Below, piece after piece: positions 38,049-49,202 of a stretch of 64,000 nucleotides of DNA (its first letter is position 1; each line of letters starts with the position of its first letter). The notes below the pieces were generated by a model. The model was not told the DNA's origin. It was given only the letters and a program-made list of their open reading frames with translations, and did no database searches. The translations under genes and the position numbers were made by a program. The DNA lies in the NCBI GenBank assembly GCA_937929945.1, contig CALFUK010000016.1, positions 9,379-73,378 of the forward strand, read 5' to 3'. Source of the stretch: an uncultured Saprospiraceae bacterium. GTDB taxonomy: Bacteria; Bacteroidota; Bacteroidia; Chitinophagales; Saprospiraceae.

Positions 38049-39794
38049 ATGGCTAAGCATATCTACCTCATCACATTTCTATTATTATCATGCATATATA
38101 TCCCGCTGACGGGGCAGATGACGACTAAGAACTATACACTCTCCAATGAAGACTTTCCCAATCCAGAGCGTGGCTTTTATCGGTACTCTGAGACCAGATC
38201 CACCAATTACAGTGTATTGAGCCAAAGCTTATTAGAAAGCTACAGGGCGCTGCACCAGCCACGAGGCACTGCGGCCTTTGAAATATACAGCACATTGATA
38301 TTTCGCTATTTCTTCTTGGAGGACTTTGTGGATGCGCCTATATCTCAAGCTTATCTAGACAACATGCAGGCGGACTTTGATATAGCGAGAGCGGCGGGGG
38401 TCAAGCTTATCCCCAGATTCGCCTACACGGACAGAGTGGATGGGAGCGCGTGTGGCTCCTTCATCTGTCCCCCGTATGGAGATGCGCCCAAGGCACGTGT
38501 GCTAGAACACATAGAGCAGGTGGGCCCCTTATTGAAGAAGAATCGGGATGTGATCGCCGCCATACAGATGGGTTGGATCGGGGTCTGGGGAGAGCAATAT
38601 TATACCGACTATTTCGGCGATGCCTCTCAGGGTCCAAATTTTAAATTAACTGATCAAAACTGGGCGGATCGTTTAGACGTTTTACAAGCCTTTTTGGCGG
38701 CAACGCCTACGGACAGGATGATCCAAGTCAGATATCCGCAGATCAAACAAAAGACTATCTACGGAATACAGGCTCCCACATCATCTCTCCCTCTGACTGC
38801 CGCAGAAGCATACTTAGAGGATGATAAATCAAGGTTGGGATTTCATAATGACTGCTACCTGGCAAGTGACAACGACTTTGGAACATACATCGACTATGGG
38901 ACGACGAGCATGTCCTCACAGAGTGATACTACCCAGCTGAAACCTTATGCAGCTGCTGACTCAAAGTATGTTGTCGTCGGAGGTGAGACCTGCGCTGCTA
39001 ACAATCCCGATGATAACTGCTATCCAGCAGGCAGAGCTGACAGTGAGATGCGACGCATGCACTACTCCTACCTCAATGCTGACTATAACTATCCCGATGT
39101 GAATGCTGACTGGGAGGGCGACTGCATAGAAGACATCAAGCGCGATCTGGGCTACAGGCTCCATCTCACCACAGCTGCAGTCAGCAGTACGGCTGAGCCA
39201 GGAGGATCCATAGACATCACCCTACAAATAGAGAATACAGGATATGCAGCTCCCTATAATCCGAGGCTGGTGGAACTGATACTAAGAAACCAGATCACGG
39301 GGCAAAAACTCTATGCCAGTATCGACAGCGATCCACGAGACTGGCATGCTCATGCGACCACGACTGTATCACAGTCCATCTGCCTTGGCGAAGACCTGCC
39401 ACTAGGCAGTTATGAGGTCCTGCTGAATCTAGCTGATCCGCAAGCATCACTGATCGATCGGGCAGACTATGCCATCAGATTAGCCAGTCAATCTGGTAAT
39501 ACTGATCTGTGGGAACCAGCGACAGGCTATCACGACTTGGGCATAGAGCTGCTGGTGCAGGCAGCCAGCCAAAGTGTTTCATGCGCAGCCTCCAGCACAT
39601 TTGGCTACTGCCATCAGAACCTGTATGTATCCAATGTAGCGGTCAGTGAATATGTAGCTGCTGCAACGATTCGCACTGATGCTGTTATGGATACGCCATC
39701 TTCATTTATTGCGGGATTTGGGATTTGCCTGGAGCCTGACTTTAGCGTACCGCTCGGTGTGATGATGGAGGCCAAGATAGATCCTTGTGAGTAG
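38049..39794 (+). CDS. Secreted DUF4874/DUF4832-type putative glycoside-hydrolase-like protein
   Basis: Signal peptide. NPERGFYRY motif near N-terminus. Assignment from memory; moderate confidence. Confidence 0.45.
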   Translation: MAKHIYLITFLLLSCIYIPLTGQMTTKNYTLSNEDFPNPERGFYRYSETRSTNYSVLSQSLLESYRALHQPRGTAAFEIYSTLIFRYFFLEDFVDAPISQAYLDNMQADFDIARAAGVKLIPRFAYTDRVDGSACGSFICPPYGDAPKARVLEHIEQVGPLLKKNRDVIAAIQMGWIGVWGEQYYTDYFGDASQGPNFKLTDQNWADRLDVLQAFLAATPTDRMIQVRYPQIKQKTIYGIQAPTSSLPLTAAEAYLEDDKSRLGFHNDCYLASDNDFGTYIDYGTTSMSSQSDTTQLKPYAAADSKYVVVGGETCAANNPDDNCYPAGRADSEMRRMHYSYLNADYNYPDVNADWEGDCIEDIKRDLGYRLHLTTAAVSSTAEPGGSIDITLQIENTGYAAPYNPRLVELILRNQITGQKLYASIDSDPRDWHAHATTTVSQSICLGEDLPLGSYEVLLNLADPQASLIDRADYAIRLASQSGNTDLWEPATGYHDLGIELLVQAASQSVSCAASSTFGYCHQNLYVSNVAVSEYVAAATIRTDAVMDTPSSFIAGFGICLEPDFSVPLGVMMEAKIDPCE

Positions 39795-39958
39795 GGTTAT
39801 GGTATAGCTAAAGCTTTTAAATGTTACGTACCTACCTTGATGATGGACCTGTATCAATTTGTAATAATTGAAAGAGATGAATAAAATGTCAGTGACAGTA
39901 TTTGTGTTTACTTTCATTGGACGATTAAAGCCAATGATGTATTGAATGACATCCACCT

Positions 39959-41005
39959 ATGAATGCAAATACCATCAAGCCCCAGCAATTACTCTATCTG
40001 ATGATGATCATCTCTGCGCTCATGTTATGTTGTCGTGGCAATAGTCAGACAGAAAAGCCAGCAGCGCATAGAGCTCTCCACAGCAGTGAGTTTGTAAAGA
40101 TTCCCTTTATCACATTAGCAGTGGATACGATAGTGGCCCCGAATGCCCCGAATGCCATCACGCGCAACATCATAGAGGACACTAGGGGTAATATTTGGTT
40201 TGCCACTTTTACGGGTATCATCATGTATGACGGAGAATCATTTAGACAGATCACTGACGGTGTCAGCGAGGATCGATTTTTCTCCATTTTAGAAGACCGC
40301 AATGGAAATTTTTGGTTTGGCTCCATTGGTGGAGGTGTATACTTTTTTGATGGAGAATCATTTCAACACTTCACCACGGCTGATGGGCTGGTGGATGATA
40401 GAGTGCCAACTATTTATGAAGATAAAAATGGAGATCTATGGTTTGGGACATTAGCCGGACTAAGTCATTATGACGGATCGACATTTCAAAATTATACAAC
40501 AGATCATGGGCTACATAATAGTGATGTCAATTCAATCATCGAAGATCTGTCAGGAAAATATTGGCTTGGAACAAGGGGTGCAGCATTCACATATGATGAC
40601 CAAGCATTTACAACAATATTGACTCAGGACGGCCAAACATTTCAAAATGTGCGCCGCATCTTGGAGGATACTAAAGGGAATATCTGGCTAGGAGGTAATG
40701 ATGGTCTGTGGCGATATGATGGGCATGAATTCAAAAATTACACATCAGATTTTGTGGGCTATATTTATGAAGATAGAAGTGGGAATATTTGGACCAGCTC
40801 ACAAGGGGCAGGCGCACCAGGCTGGGCGCTCTCTCGATATGAGGCAATGGCTTTAGATGATCATGTCCCAACTGCATATTACATGAAAACAGGCGAAGGC
40901 ATGTTCTTTGGTATAATAGAAGATTCAAACAACAACATGTGGGTAGGTAGCCTGAATGGGGTATACCGCTATGACGGAAGTGGATTCGAATTTTTTAAAC
41001 GCTGA
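39959..41005 (+). CDS. Secreted two-component-regulator propeller (Reg_prop repeat) domain protein, stand-alone
   Basis: Six or more repeats of the NIWFATFTGIIMYDG / NFWFGSIGGGVYFFDG / DLWFGTLAGLSHYDG type. Confidence 0.65.
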   Translation: MNANTIKPQQLLYLMMIISALMLCCRGNSQTEKPAAHRALHSSEFVKIPFITLAVDTIVAPNAPNAITRNIIEDTRGNIWFATFTGIIMYDGESFRQITDGVSEDRFFSILEDRNGNFWFGSIGGGVYFFDGESFQHFTTADGLVDDRVPTIYEDKNGDLWFGTLAGLSHYDGSTFQNYTTDHGLHNSDVNSIIEDLSGKYWLGTRGAAFTYDDQAFTTILTQDGQTFQNVRRILEDTKGNIWLGGNDGLWRYDGHEFKNYTSDFVGYIYEDRSGNIWTSSQGAGAPGWALSRYEAMALDDHVPTAYYMKTGEGMFFGIIEDSNNNMWVGSLNGVYRYDGSGFEFFKR

Positions 41006-41095
41006 GTGCCACATCGCGTACAGTAGAGGGAGAAACGCGCTTAGACGGCAGGGATATAAAAGATCAGAGCAAAGTACGAATGAAAGTTTTCAAGG

Positions 41096-41605
41096 CTACA
41101 AAAACAGCATGATAAGTGTCAGCACAATACCACCCAAGGTAAAATACATACCCTTCCTAAAGACATTCGAAGAGGGGATAAACATCCAAAATGACGAAAT
41201 CACAAAGAAGAGAAGAGATGCGCCGAAGAAGAGATTCAGGTAGTACAAGGGGTCTTTAGTCGTGGCTTTGTGCATTTTAGTCATTTTACCAAGGACATAA
41301 GGCAGCTTCTTCACGGTATAGTCCGCAGCACCCGTCGAGCGATTATAGCTGCCCTGCTTGAAGTAGAGTAGATCGCCCTCAGTCCGGAGCACCTTCAGCC
41401 CCTTTACGCCTAAAGCTGATCCAAGCTTAGCTGGCTGAATGCCTGCAGCCACAGTCTTCTCATAGTGAATCTCTTGCTTGAGGAAGTCAGTATTTCTGAA
41501 GACGAGTACCATGCCACTGAGCGCATAGACAGCCATGATACCAGCTAAGAAAAAGCCTAAGTACCTATGGATGGTGCGCATGTTATTTCGAAGGGTCTGA
41601 CTCAT
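41096..41605 (-). CDS. PepSY-associated TM helix-type membrane protein
   Basis: IHRYLGFFLAGIMAVYALSG N-terminal helix and C-terminal TM helices typical of PepSY_TM proteins. Confidence 0.45.
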   Translation of the reverse strand: MSQTLRNNMRTIHRYLGFFLAGIMAVYALSGMVLVFRNTDFLKQEIHYEKTVAAGIQPAKLGSALGVKGLKVLRTEGDLLYFKQGSYNRSTGAADYTVKKLPYVLGKMTKMHKATTKDPLYYLNLFFGASLLFFVISSFWMFIPSSNVFRKGMYFTLGGIVLTLIMLFL

Positions 41606-41700
41606 GGGGGCTCATCATTTTGAAGAGCGCAAATATACATTAGTCCTATTAATATTTAAACGAAGTGTTAATGGAGTAAAGATCTGATAGCCCAGAAGAC

Positions 41701-43566
41701 TTACCTTCCTACGTGTACGAGTAGTACTGAGATATCTGAGGGTGATACACCTGAGATACGGCTGGCCTGGCCGATGGTCCTGGGTTTGATCTCAGTCAGC
41801 TTTTCTCGGGCTTCTGATGAGAGAGACTGAAGTGCGTGAAAATCAAAATTATCATTGAGCCGTACTTCTTCGAGTCGATTCATCTTGTCCACCATTTCTT
41901 GCTCTTTCTTCATGTAGCCTTCGTAGCGCATATTGATCTCGGCTAGACCGACGGACTCATGATCGAGCCCAGCTAATGCTAGCTCTAAGTCTGGGATCAG
42001 AGGGACTAATTGTGTCAGCTCCATTTTGGGTCGCATCAGGACCGAGGCGAATTTCACCTTTTGATTGATTGGAGCTGATCCGACTGACTCGAGGTATGGA
42101 TTCACTTGCTCTGGCGATACGCTGACTTTGCGGAAGACTTTCTCTATGGCAGCGGATGCATCCACTTTTTCAGTTACTCTCGCCATCCGATCATCCATGT
42201 GGTGCATACCGATCTTTTGTGCCAGAGGTGTCAGCCTCAGATCAGCATTGTCCTGACGGAGTAGAATGCGATACTCAGCCCTGGAGGTGAACATCCTGTA
42301 GGGCTCTTTGGTCCCTTTATTAATAAGGTCATCGATCAGTACACCGATGTAAGCTTCTGATCGTTTGAGGATAAAAGGATCCTGCTCCTTGATGGCGAGA
42401 TGAGCATTGATGCCAGCCATCAGCCCCTGAGAGCCTGCCTCTTCGTAGCCTGTCGTGCCATTGATCTGCCCAGCGAAAAACAGGTGCTTCACCTGCTTCG
42501 TCTCCAAGTTAGCTTGCAGCTGTGTCGGCGGAAAGAAGTCATACTCTATGGCATAGCCAGGTCTGAACATCTTCATATTCTCGAAGCCGGGTACCAGCTG
42601 CAGCGCCTTGAATTGGACATCTTCTGGTAGCGAAGAGGAGAAGCCATTCACATAGATTTCGCAAGTGTCTCTGCCCTCTGGCTCGACAAAGAGCTGGTGC
42701 CGATCCCGATCTGCAAAGCGATTGATCTTATCTTCTATGGATGGACAATATCGAGGGCCTAAGCCTCTGATGCGCCCATTGAACATGGGTGATCTGTCGA
42801 AGCCCGTCTGTAACACTTCATGAACTGCGGGATTCGTGTAGGATACATGACAGGGTATCTGGTCTGTGATCTCAGGTGTATTCGTATAGGAGAATTTACC
42901 AGGAGACTCATCACCAGGCTGTAGCTCCATGGCATCCCAGTTAAGCGATCGGCCATCGATGCGCGGCGGTGTCCCCGTCTTCATTCTTCCAGACTCGAAG
43001 CCTAACTCGACGAGCTGCTCGGTGATACCTGTCGCTGCTCGCTCGCCTGCTCTGCCTCCGCCAAACTGCTTTTCTCCAATATGGATGAGTCCATTGAGAA
43101 AAGTCCCATTAGTAAGGACGACGGCCTCAGCTTCTATCTCCAGACCTATGCCAGTCTTTATGCCTTTGCAGACTCCGTCCTTTACGATCAGGCTGGTGAC
43201 CATCTCTTGCCAGAAGTCGATGTTCTCATGCACCTCTAGCATATTCCTCCACAGCCGAGCAAAGAGCATCCTGTCACTCTGAGCCCGTGGACTCCACATA
43301 GCAGGTCCCTTGGACTTATTGAGCATGCGAAACTGGATCGCTGTGCGGTCCGTGATGATGCCAGAATATCCACCCAGCGCATCGATTTCTCGGACGATCT
43401 GACCTTTAGCCACGCCACCCATGGCAGGATTGCAGGACATCTGTGCGATGGTCTGCATATTCATGGTGGCCAGCATGACTTTGGAGCCCATATTAGCTGC
43501 AGCTACTGCTGCTTCGCAGCCAGCATGACCAGCACCGACTACTATGACATCGTATTTTGGAAACAT
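41701..43566 (-). CDS. mnmG: tRNA uridine-5-carboxymethylaminomethyl synthesis enzyme MnmG (GidA)
   Basis: FAD-binding [16 protein letters not shown] and full-length GidA architecture. Track ORF extends to 43593, but MFPKYDVIV is the likely start. Confidence 0.9.
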   Translation of the reverse strand: MFPKYDVIVVGAGHAGCEAAVAAANMGSKVMLATMNMQTIAQMSCNPAMGGVAKGQIVREIDALGGYSGIITDRTAIQFRMLNKSKGPAMWSPRAQSDRMLFARLWRNMLEVHENIDFWQEMVTSLIVKDGVCKGIKTGIGLEIEAEAVVLTNGTFLNGLIHIGEKQFGGGRAGERAATGITEQLVELGFESGRMKTGTPPRIDGRSLNWDAMELQPGDESPGKFSYTNTPEITDQIPCHVSYTNPAVHEVLQTGFDRSPMFNGRIRGLGPRYCPSIEDKINRFADRDRHQLFVEPEGRDTCEIYVNGFSSSLPEDVQFKALQLVPGFENMKMFRPGYAIEYDFFPPTQLQANLETKQVKHLFFAGQINGTTGYEEAGSQGLMAGINAHLAIKEQDPFILKRSEAYIGVLIDDLINKGTKEPYRMFTSRAEYRILLRQDNADLRLTPLAQKIGMHHMDDRMARVTEKVDASAAIEKVFRKVSVSPEQVNPYLESVGSAPINQKVKFASVLMRPKMELTQLVPLIPDLELALAGLDHESVGLAEINMRYEGYMKKEQEMVDKMNRLEEVRLNDNFDFHALQSLSSEAREKLTEIKPRTIGQASRISGVSPSDISVLLVHVGR

Positions 43567-43847
43567 AAGACCGCAAAGATAGGCTTGTTTCACGGATTGT
43601 CAATGATAACTGCTTCATTCTGATCGCTTGTCAATTATCCATCATATGTCTGACTTTCATGCCTACAATTCAATTACATAAATTATAGCGTGCATCGTGT
43701 AGACTAGATACTACGCTGTAGGGTATGGTATATATCTTGATATTTTATTCAAAAAATGCTTAAATTACAAATAGATATTCTTTACCATTCGCATCAAAAG
43801 GCTGTACTAATTAAAAAAATAATGCGCGTAAATAAATATATAGCCAA

Positions 43848-45137
43848 TTGAAACAGTATATCTTAAATATTGGTGATGACCAGAAATATAGCAAGATCAG
43901 AAGGGCAAAGAACCGCGTCTATAATATGTTTTTGTTTTTCTGCTTGATAGCTGTATCTCTTACTCTGCTTACGAATGTCATCTCTTGGTCATGGACCCCA
44001 TTTGATAATTTGGTCTACATAGGAGGCTTTTCAATTCTTACAGTCTGCTTTTTATTAAATTATTTAAGATTACATGTTTGGTCAGTGATGACTATGAGTT
44101 TTGCCAGCATGAGTATTTTATGTGCGATGACCTTGATGTCTGGTGACTTGTTCTTGAGTTGTATCATCAATCTGTTTTTGCAGAGTTTCATCTTTGCCAT
44201 GATTGACTCGAAGAAGCTCATCGTGCTAGTCTTAGCGATTCAGCTATTGGTTGTCCTGATTACCATTGCTATCATAAATTCATCTTTATTGGACTTTGGC
44301 TATTTGGGATATGAGCCTGTTCAAAGATCTGTCCTTTACAGTATCGTATTCATATTATTAGCCGTGACCTTTGGTTATTTAAAGTCCCAAATCATTGCTT
44401 TTACTAGTGAAAATCGAAAACTGATCCAGCAGCTAAAGGGTAAAAATGAACAGCTTCGCCAAGCCTATGATGATATGGAGCGATTTTCATATGTGGTATC
44501 TCATGACCTAAAAGCTCCGCTGCGCAGTATAAATAGTTTTGCTCAGTTGATAACCATGAATATCAAAAAAGAAAATTACGAAAAGGTAAATGAGTCGTCG
44601 AAATACATTGGGCAAAGCGCCAAGAAGCTTTCAGCTATGATCGATGAGATCCTGACTTACTCCAAGTTAAATCAGAATAAATCTGCACTCAAAGACCATA
44701 TTGCCTTGGCTCCTCTGGTCTCAGAAATTAAAGATGAGCTTACTCAAGATGAACGACCTTTTGCCATAGAATACACTGACCCGTTAGGCAAAATATATGG
44801 TAACAGAATGAATATTAAAATGTTACTGCAAAATCTAATCGATAATGGTATAAAGTATAATAAGAATTCATGTCCAGTGATCAAAATAGACGCCTATCAG
44901 AAAGAAGATGCATTCGTATTAGAAGTCAAGGATAATGGTATTGGCATAGCACCAGAAGATCACTCAGATGCTTTTGCATTATTCAAAAGACTACCTACTG
45001 ATAAAAGGTATGAAGGCTCGGGAGTGGGCCTAGCTAACTGTAAGCGCATAGTGGAAAATCACCTGGGTGGTACCATCAGCATACAAAAGAATATTTCTGA
45101 GGGAACAACATTTAAAATCGTTATGCCTGCTTCTTAA
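43848..45137 (+). CDS. Membrane sensor histidine kinase (HisKA + HATPase_c), orphan
   Basis: Multiple N-terminal TM helices. H-box YVVSHDLKAPLRSI. G-boxes DNGIGI, GSGVGLA. Confidence 0.8.
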   Translation: MKQYILNIGDDQKYSKIRRAKNRVYNMFLFFCLIAVSLTLLTNVISWSWTPFDNLVYIGGFSILTVCFLLNYLRLHVWSVMTMSFASMSILCAMTLMSGDLFLSCIINLFLQSFIFAMIDSKKLIVLVLAIQLLVVLITIAIINSSLLDFGYLGYEPVQRSVLYSIVFILLAVTFGYLKSQIIAFTSENRKLIQQLKGKNEQLRQAYDDMERFSYVVSHDLKAPLRSINSFAQLITMNIKKENYEKVNESSKYIGQSAKKLSAMIDEILTYSKLNQNKSALKDHIALAPLVSEIKDELTQDERPFAIEYTDPLGKIYGNRMNIKMLLQNLIDNGIKYNKNSCPVIKIDAYQKEDAFVLEVKDNGIGIAPEDHSDAFALFKRLPTDKRYEGSGVGLANCKRIVENHLGGTISIQKNISEGTTFKIVMPAS

Positions 45138-45209
45138 TCAACAAAGCTAATTTCTATCAGCTTTCGTCATTTATGTCTGGATTGAGCTTTTGAGTATTAT
45201 CTTGTCATC

Positions 45210-47312
45210 ATGATACGAATCTCGATCTTCGTAAGTATCCTACTTCTGATTTGTGCTTGTCAGTCCGTGCCAGATGCTGAAATATATGCTGAGGTACAGA
45301 TAGCCAGAGATGCTTGGGGCGTAGCTCATATTAAAGCTAAAACGGATGCCGATGTGATATATGGATTGGCCTGGGCTCAGTGTGAGGATGACTTTGTGAC
45401 TTTACAAGAACAGATGCTTGCTAGTAAAGGTCTATTGGGAGAAATCAAGGGTAAAGAAGGATTGATCATAGACTTCGCAGTGAAATTCATGGGCTTACGA
45501 GAATCCGTAAATGAAAAATATAAGGCTGAGGTGACAGGCCAGTACAAGGTACTTCTGACCAGTTTTGTTAATGCTGTGAATACATACGCCGCTCTGCATC
45601 CTGATGAGCTACTTTTATCTGATGCCTTTCCTGTGACGGAGCAAGACCTGCTGGTAGGATATCAGTTGGGCTTAGTGGATATTTCTGGAGCAGGCGCAGA
45701 TCTGCAGAAAATACTCGAATCTAAACTGACTGGTGTGCTAGATCAAGACATCCAGAAAGGCTCTAATGCGATAGCCATCAGTGGTCGTAAAACGGATAGT
45801 GGCAATACCTTTTTAGCCATTAATTCGCATCAGCCAATGGAAGGCTGGTACTCCTGGTATGAGGCACACCTGCACAGTGATGAAGGTCTGAATATTATAG
45901 GTGGCACTTTCCCTGGAGGATTTATGATATTCCATGGGGCTAATGAACATTTGGGCTGGGCGCAGACGGTGAATCGTCCAGACTTATCTGATGTGTATCA
46001 GCTGACCATGCACGAAAAAAAAGAGCTTCACTATCGCTATGATGGAGAGTGGCTCAAGCTCAAGAAGAAAAAATACTGGTCATGGATGAAGCTATTCTCC
46101 ATTGTCAAAGTACCAATCAGTAGGACGGTATATGAAAGTGTATACGGCCCAACTTTCGAGACGGAGCAGGGTATATTCGCATGGTCATTCGCTGCTTCTC
46201 AGCACATCAGGATGGGAGAGCAGTGGTTCGCTATGAATAAGGCCACTAATCTGAATGAATTCAAGCAAGCGCTAGCCATGCAAGAGATAGCTTGCACCAA
46301 CATCGTCTACGCAGATAAAGAAGATAACATCTTCTATATCAGCAATGCTACCATCCCGATAAGAAATCAAAATTATAACTACAATCTTGTGCTCCCAGGA
46401 GATACATCTGCGACTATGTGGCGAGATGAATATTATCCCATTGATGCGCTGCCGCAGATCACTAATCCAGCTTCTGGCTTTTTATTTAATACCAATAATT
46501 CACCTTACAATGCTACTGCTGCTGAGGACGATGTGGTGCCTTCAGAACGTCAGCCAGTATTCGGTTACTTAGACGAGACAATGGATAATAATCGAAGTAA
46601 GCGGATCTTGCAGCTGCTATCAGATCTAGACACTATTTCTTACGATGACTTTAAGGCCATCAAATATGATCTGGTATATCCAGACACACTGGAGACACCC
46701 CACTTTAAAAACCTTGAATTACTATTGCAGTTAGAACCAGACCATTATCCTGAACTGGCGAGCCAAATCCAACAGCTCAATGAATGGGACCGCTCTCATG
46801 ATCTTAATAATATGTCTGCTGCGTTATTTCACCGCAGCTATAAAGCACTGGAAAATAAAAAGAAGGCGGAGAATAAGTATGTATACGGAGGTCAGATAAC
46901 TGAGGCTGATTGTGTCCGAGCGATTGAAGAAGCATCCCAGATTATGCAACAAAAATATGGCACTACACGGATCAAACTTGGCAGTGTACAAAGGCACATC
47001 AGAGGAGATATTAATCTTCCATTAGCTGGAGGTCCAGATGTCTTGGCAGCTATGTATACAGAAGAAGTAGTTGGTAGTACTCAATATAAAGGTATCGTGG
47101 GCGAATCTTATATTGCTCTGGTACAGTTTGGCGAAGATGGCACCTCCATAGAGACGGTGAATGCCTATGGTGCTTCTGCAGAGCCTGATAGTCCGCACTA
47201 CACGGATCAGATGGAGCTTTTTGCCAGCCAGCAGTTAAAGCCTATGAGCTTTGACATTGATCAGGTTTTTGCTGAGGCTGACACCATTTATCATCCGATG
47301 AAGATCAAGTGA
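45210..47312 (+). CDS. Penicillin amidase (Ntn-hydrolase) family protein, possible acyl-homoserine-lactone/penicillin acylase
   Basis: Lipoprotein-like signal. Internal GSNAIAISG (Ser N-terminal nucleophile of beta-subunit). 700 aa. Confidence 0.75.
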   Translation: MIRISIFVSILLLICACQSVPDAEIYAEVQIARDAWGVAHIKAKTDADVIYGLAWAQCEDDFVTLQEQMLASKGLLGEIKGKEGLIIDFAVKFMGLRESVNEKYKAEVTGQYKVLLTSFVNAVNTYAALHPDELLLSDAFPVTEQDLLVGYQLGLVDISGAGADLQKILESKLTGVLDQDIQKGSNAIAISGRKTDSGNTFLAINSHQPMEGWYSWYEAHLHSDEGLNIIGGTFPGGFMIFHGANEHLGWAQTVNRPDLSDVYQLTMHEKKELHYRYDGEWLKLKKKKYWSWMKLFSIVKVPISRTVYESVYGPTFETEQGIFAWSFAASQHIRMGEQWFAMNKATNLNEFKQALAMQEIACTNIVYADKEDNIFYISNATIPIRNQNYNYNLVLPGDTSATMWRDEYYPIDALPQITNPASGFLFNTNNSPYNATAAEDDVVPSERQPVFGYLDETMDNNRSKRILQLLSDLDTISYDDFKAIKYDLVYPDTLETPHFKNLELLLQLEPDHYPELASQIQQLNEWDRSHDLNNMSAALFHRSYKALENKKKAENKYVYGGQITEADCVRAIEEASQIMQQKYGTTRIKLGSVQRHIRGDINLPLAGGPDVLAAMYTEEVVGSTQYKGIVGESYIALVQFGEDGTSIETVNAYGASAEPDSPHYTDQMELFASQQLKPMSFDIDQVFAEADTIYHPMKIK

Positions 47313-47414
47313 ATTAAATCCAAATATTCGTAATCTACCCCTATAAAGCAGAGGGATTAAAAATACTTAGCGGAGCTATTATGCTACTTCATATAAAATG
47401 TGGCTCACTAAGCA

Positions 47415-47816
47415 CTATAAATCTGGCCTCTTACGATTGGCTTTTTTCTCTGCGTTTCGCTTTTTATTTTGCAGCCGTATCAGTTTAGCTGCTCTGCTGG
47501 GTTTGGCCTTCTTTCGCACCTTGGGGATGATCAGTGCGTTAGCTAATAGCGTGAGGCATCTCTTGATGACGATTTCTTTATTTCTATGTTGGCTGCGGCT
47601 CTCATCACACTGGAGGAGTAGTACTCCTTCTTTGTTGATTCGATTGGACAGGTTTTTATGGATTAAGGCTTTTTCTACATCGCTGAATGCCATAGAGCTA
47701 TTGATGGCTAACATGAGTTCTACCTTGGAGGAGACCTTATTGACGTGTTGCCCACCAGCCCCGCTGCTGCGGATGGCTTTGAATTGTAATTCTGATATGA
47801 GCTGGTCTCGATCCAT
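47415..47816 (-). CDS. arfB: Alternative ribosome-rescue factor ArfB (peptidyl-tRNA hydrolase, YaeJ-like)
   Basis: GGQHVNK (GGQ) motif and basic C-terminal tail (KKANRKRPDL). 133 aa. Confidence 0.85.
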   Translation of the reverse strand: MDRDQLISELQFKAIRSSGAGGQHVNKVSSKVELMLAINSSMAFSDVEKALIHKNLSNRINKEGVLLLQCDESRSQHRNKEIVIKRCLTLLANALIIPKVRKKAKPSRAAKLIRLQNKKRNAEKKANRKRPDL

Positions 47817-47969
47817 AAGTCAGTCTAACACGGAGCACTCCATAATAATTCCACAAGGTAATCTGGTGATTCAGTAGAGTCATATGCAACAGAGATGTAG
47901 CTGCTATTATTCACCTGGACTCAACAGCTTACTCCGAATAATTAATTACATTTAAATAATAAGCTAAGC

Positions 47970-48067
47970 CATATGAAACGTCTATGACCTAGATAACCAA
48001 GACATCCAAGTAGATGATTAAACTGAGTTATCTACTGATAGGCACTTCGCCTTGAAATAAAAACACA
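47970..48067 (+). promoter_or_regulatory. Copy C1 of conserved ~95-nt leader element (tandem with C2)
   Basis: ATGAAACGTCTATGAC...GATAGGCACTTCGCCTTGAAATAAAAACAC, about 80% identical to C2. Mini-ORF MKRL-stop. Confidence 0.6.
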
Positions 48068-48160
48068 TGAAACGTCTATGACGTAGATGATTAAGACACC
48101 CAAGGGTATGATCGAACTTAGTTATTTGCTGATTGGCACTTCGCCCTGAAATTATAACAC
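48065..48160 (+). promoter_or_regulatory. Copy C2 of conserved ~95-nt leader element, ends on the dipeptide-epimerase ATG
   Basis: ACACATGAAACGTCTATGAC...GATTGGCACTTCGCCCTGAAATTATAACAC-ATG. About 85% identical to copy B at 8295-8389. Confidence 0.65.
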
Positions 48161-49198
48161 ATGAAAATCACTTATGAATCAAAGCATCTTAAAAAGAGAT
48201 TTCCGCTGCGGATCAGCCGAGGACTCATCACGGGATCTGACAATCTCTTTGTGCAGGTACATAGTTCTGGTGTGACGGGCATAGGTGAAATGGCCCCAGG
48301 GAAAATCAAGAATGCTGATACGCCCGCAGCAGCTCAGAAGATACTGGAAGCTTTTCATGATTCTGGTATCGATGATTTATCCATCACAGAGATTCATGCT
48401 CGCGCATTAGAGTTTGGTGTGCCTCATGCTGCACTTGCGGCACTTGATATAGCACTATGGGATGCGAAGGCGAAGCAGGCGGGGATGCCCTTACACCAGT
48501 TACTGGGTATGCCATTACCGCGCGTGCCTACCTCAGTCACTATTGGGATAAATCCTCCGGAGGTCATCAGAGAGCGCGTGCCCCTGCTGCTAGAAGGGAC
48601 GGATGTCAAATCGCTCAAGATCAAACTGGGCTCGACTGAGGGCATAGAGGCGGACCAAGAGATGTTTAGCCAGGTCTATGAGAGTACCAGAGGCTACGAT
48701 GTGCAGCTGAGGGTAGACGCTAATGGTGGCTGGACCGTCAGTGATGCTAATGAGATGATTCCCTGGCTCAGGGATAGAGATGTAGACTATGTGGAGCAGC
48801 CACTCGTGGCGGGGCAAGAGGAAGACTTAGAAGCCATCTTTCATAATCGAGCTCTACCGATCTATCTCGATGAGTCTTGCCGTATGTCGACGGATATAGC
48901 TAAGTGGTATCAGTATGTCGATGGGGTAAATATGAAGCTGATGAAGTGCGGCGGGATCACCGAGGCACTGAGAATTATTGCTACGGCTAAGGCATTTGGG
49001 CTGAAGACGATGATCGGCTGCATGGGCGAATCCTCCGTCTCTATTTCAGCGGCAGCGGCGATATCTGGCTGTATCGATCACATCGACCTAGACTCACACT
49101 TAAATTTAGACCCCGATCCGTATACGGGTGCCAGTATGATAGACGGTATCATCACACCGACTGATAGATCGGGACATGGGGCTATTTTAAAATCATAA
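48161..49198 (+). CDS. Dipeptide epimerase, enolase superfamily (L-Ala-D/L-Glu epimerase type)
   Basis: KxK (LKIKLG), metal ligands D (RVDANGGW), E (YVEQP), D (LDES), catalytic K (MKLMKCGG). Confidence 0.85.
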   Translation: MKITYESKHLKKRFPLRISRGLITGSDNLFVQVHSSGVTGIGEMAPGKIKNADTPAAAQKILEAFHDSGIDDLSITEIHARALEFGVPHAALAALDIALWDAKAKQAGMPLHQLLGMPLPRVPTSVTIGINPPEVIRERVPLLLEGTDVKSLKIKLGSTEGIEADQEMFSQVYESTRGYDVQLRVDANGGWTVSDANEMIPWLRDRDVDYVEQPLVAGQEEDLEAIFHNRALPIYLDESCRMSTDIAKWYQYVDGVNMKLMKCGGITEALRIIATAKAFGLKTMIGCMGESSVSISAAAAISGCIDHIDLDSHLNLDPDPYTGASMIDGIITPTDRSGHGAILKS

Positions 49199-49202
49199 TA
49201 AC

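Noticed and set aside
43594-43847. Two TTGACA-like boxes (ATTGACAA) upstream of mnmG on the minus strand
   Set aside because: Bacteroidota housekeeping promoters use TTG/TAnnTTTG rather than the E. coli -35 consensus, and there is no matching -10. Likely chance.
48131-48155. Sigma-54 promoter (TGGCAC-N5-TTGC) inside the leader element (TTGGCACTTCGCCCTGA)
   Set aside because: GG-N10-GC spacing is not met, and the GG dinucleotide is not conserved in copy A (GATAGCCG). Probably a coincidental resemblance.
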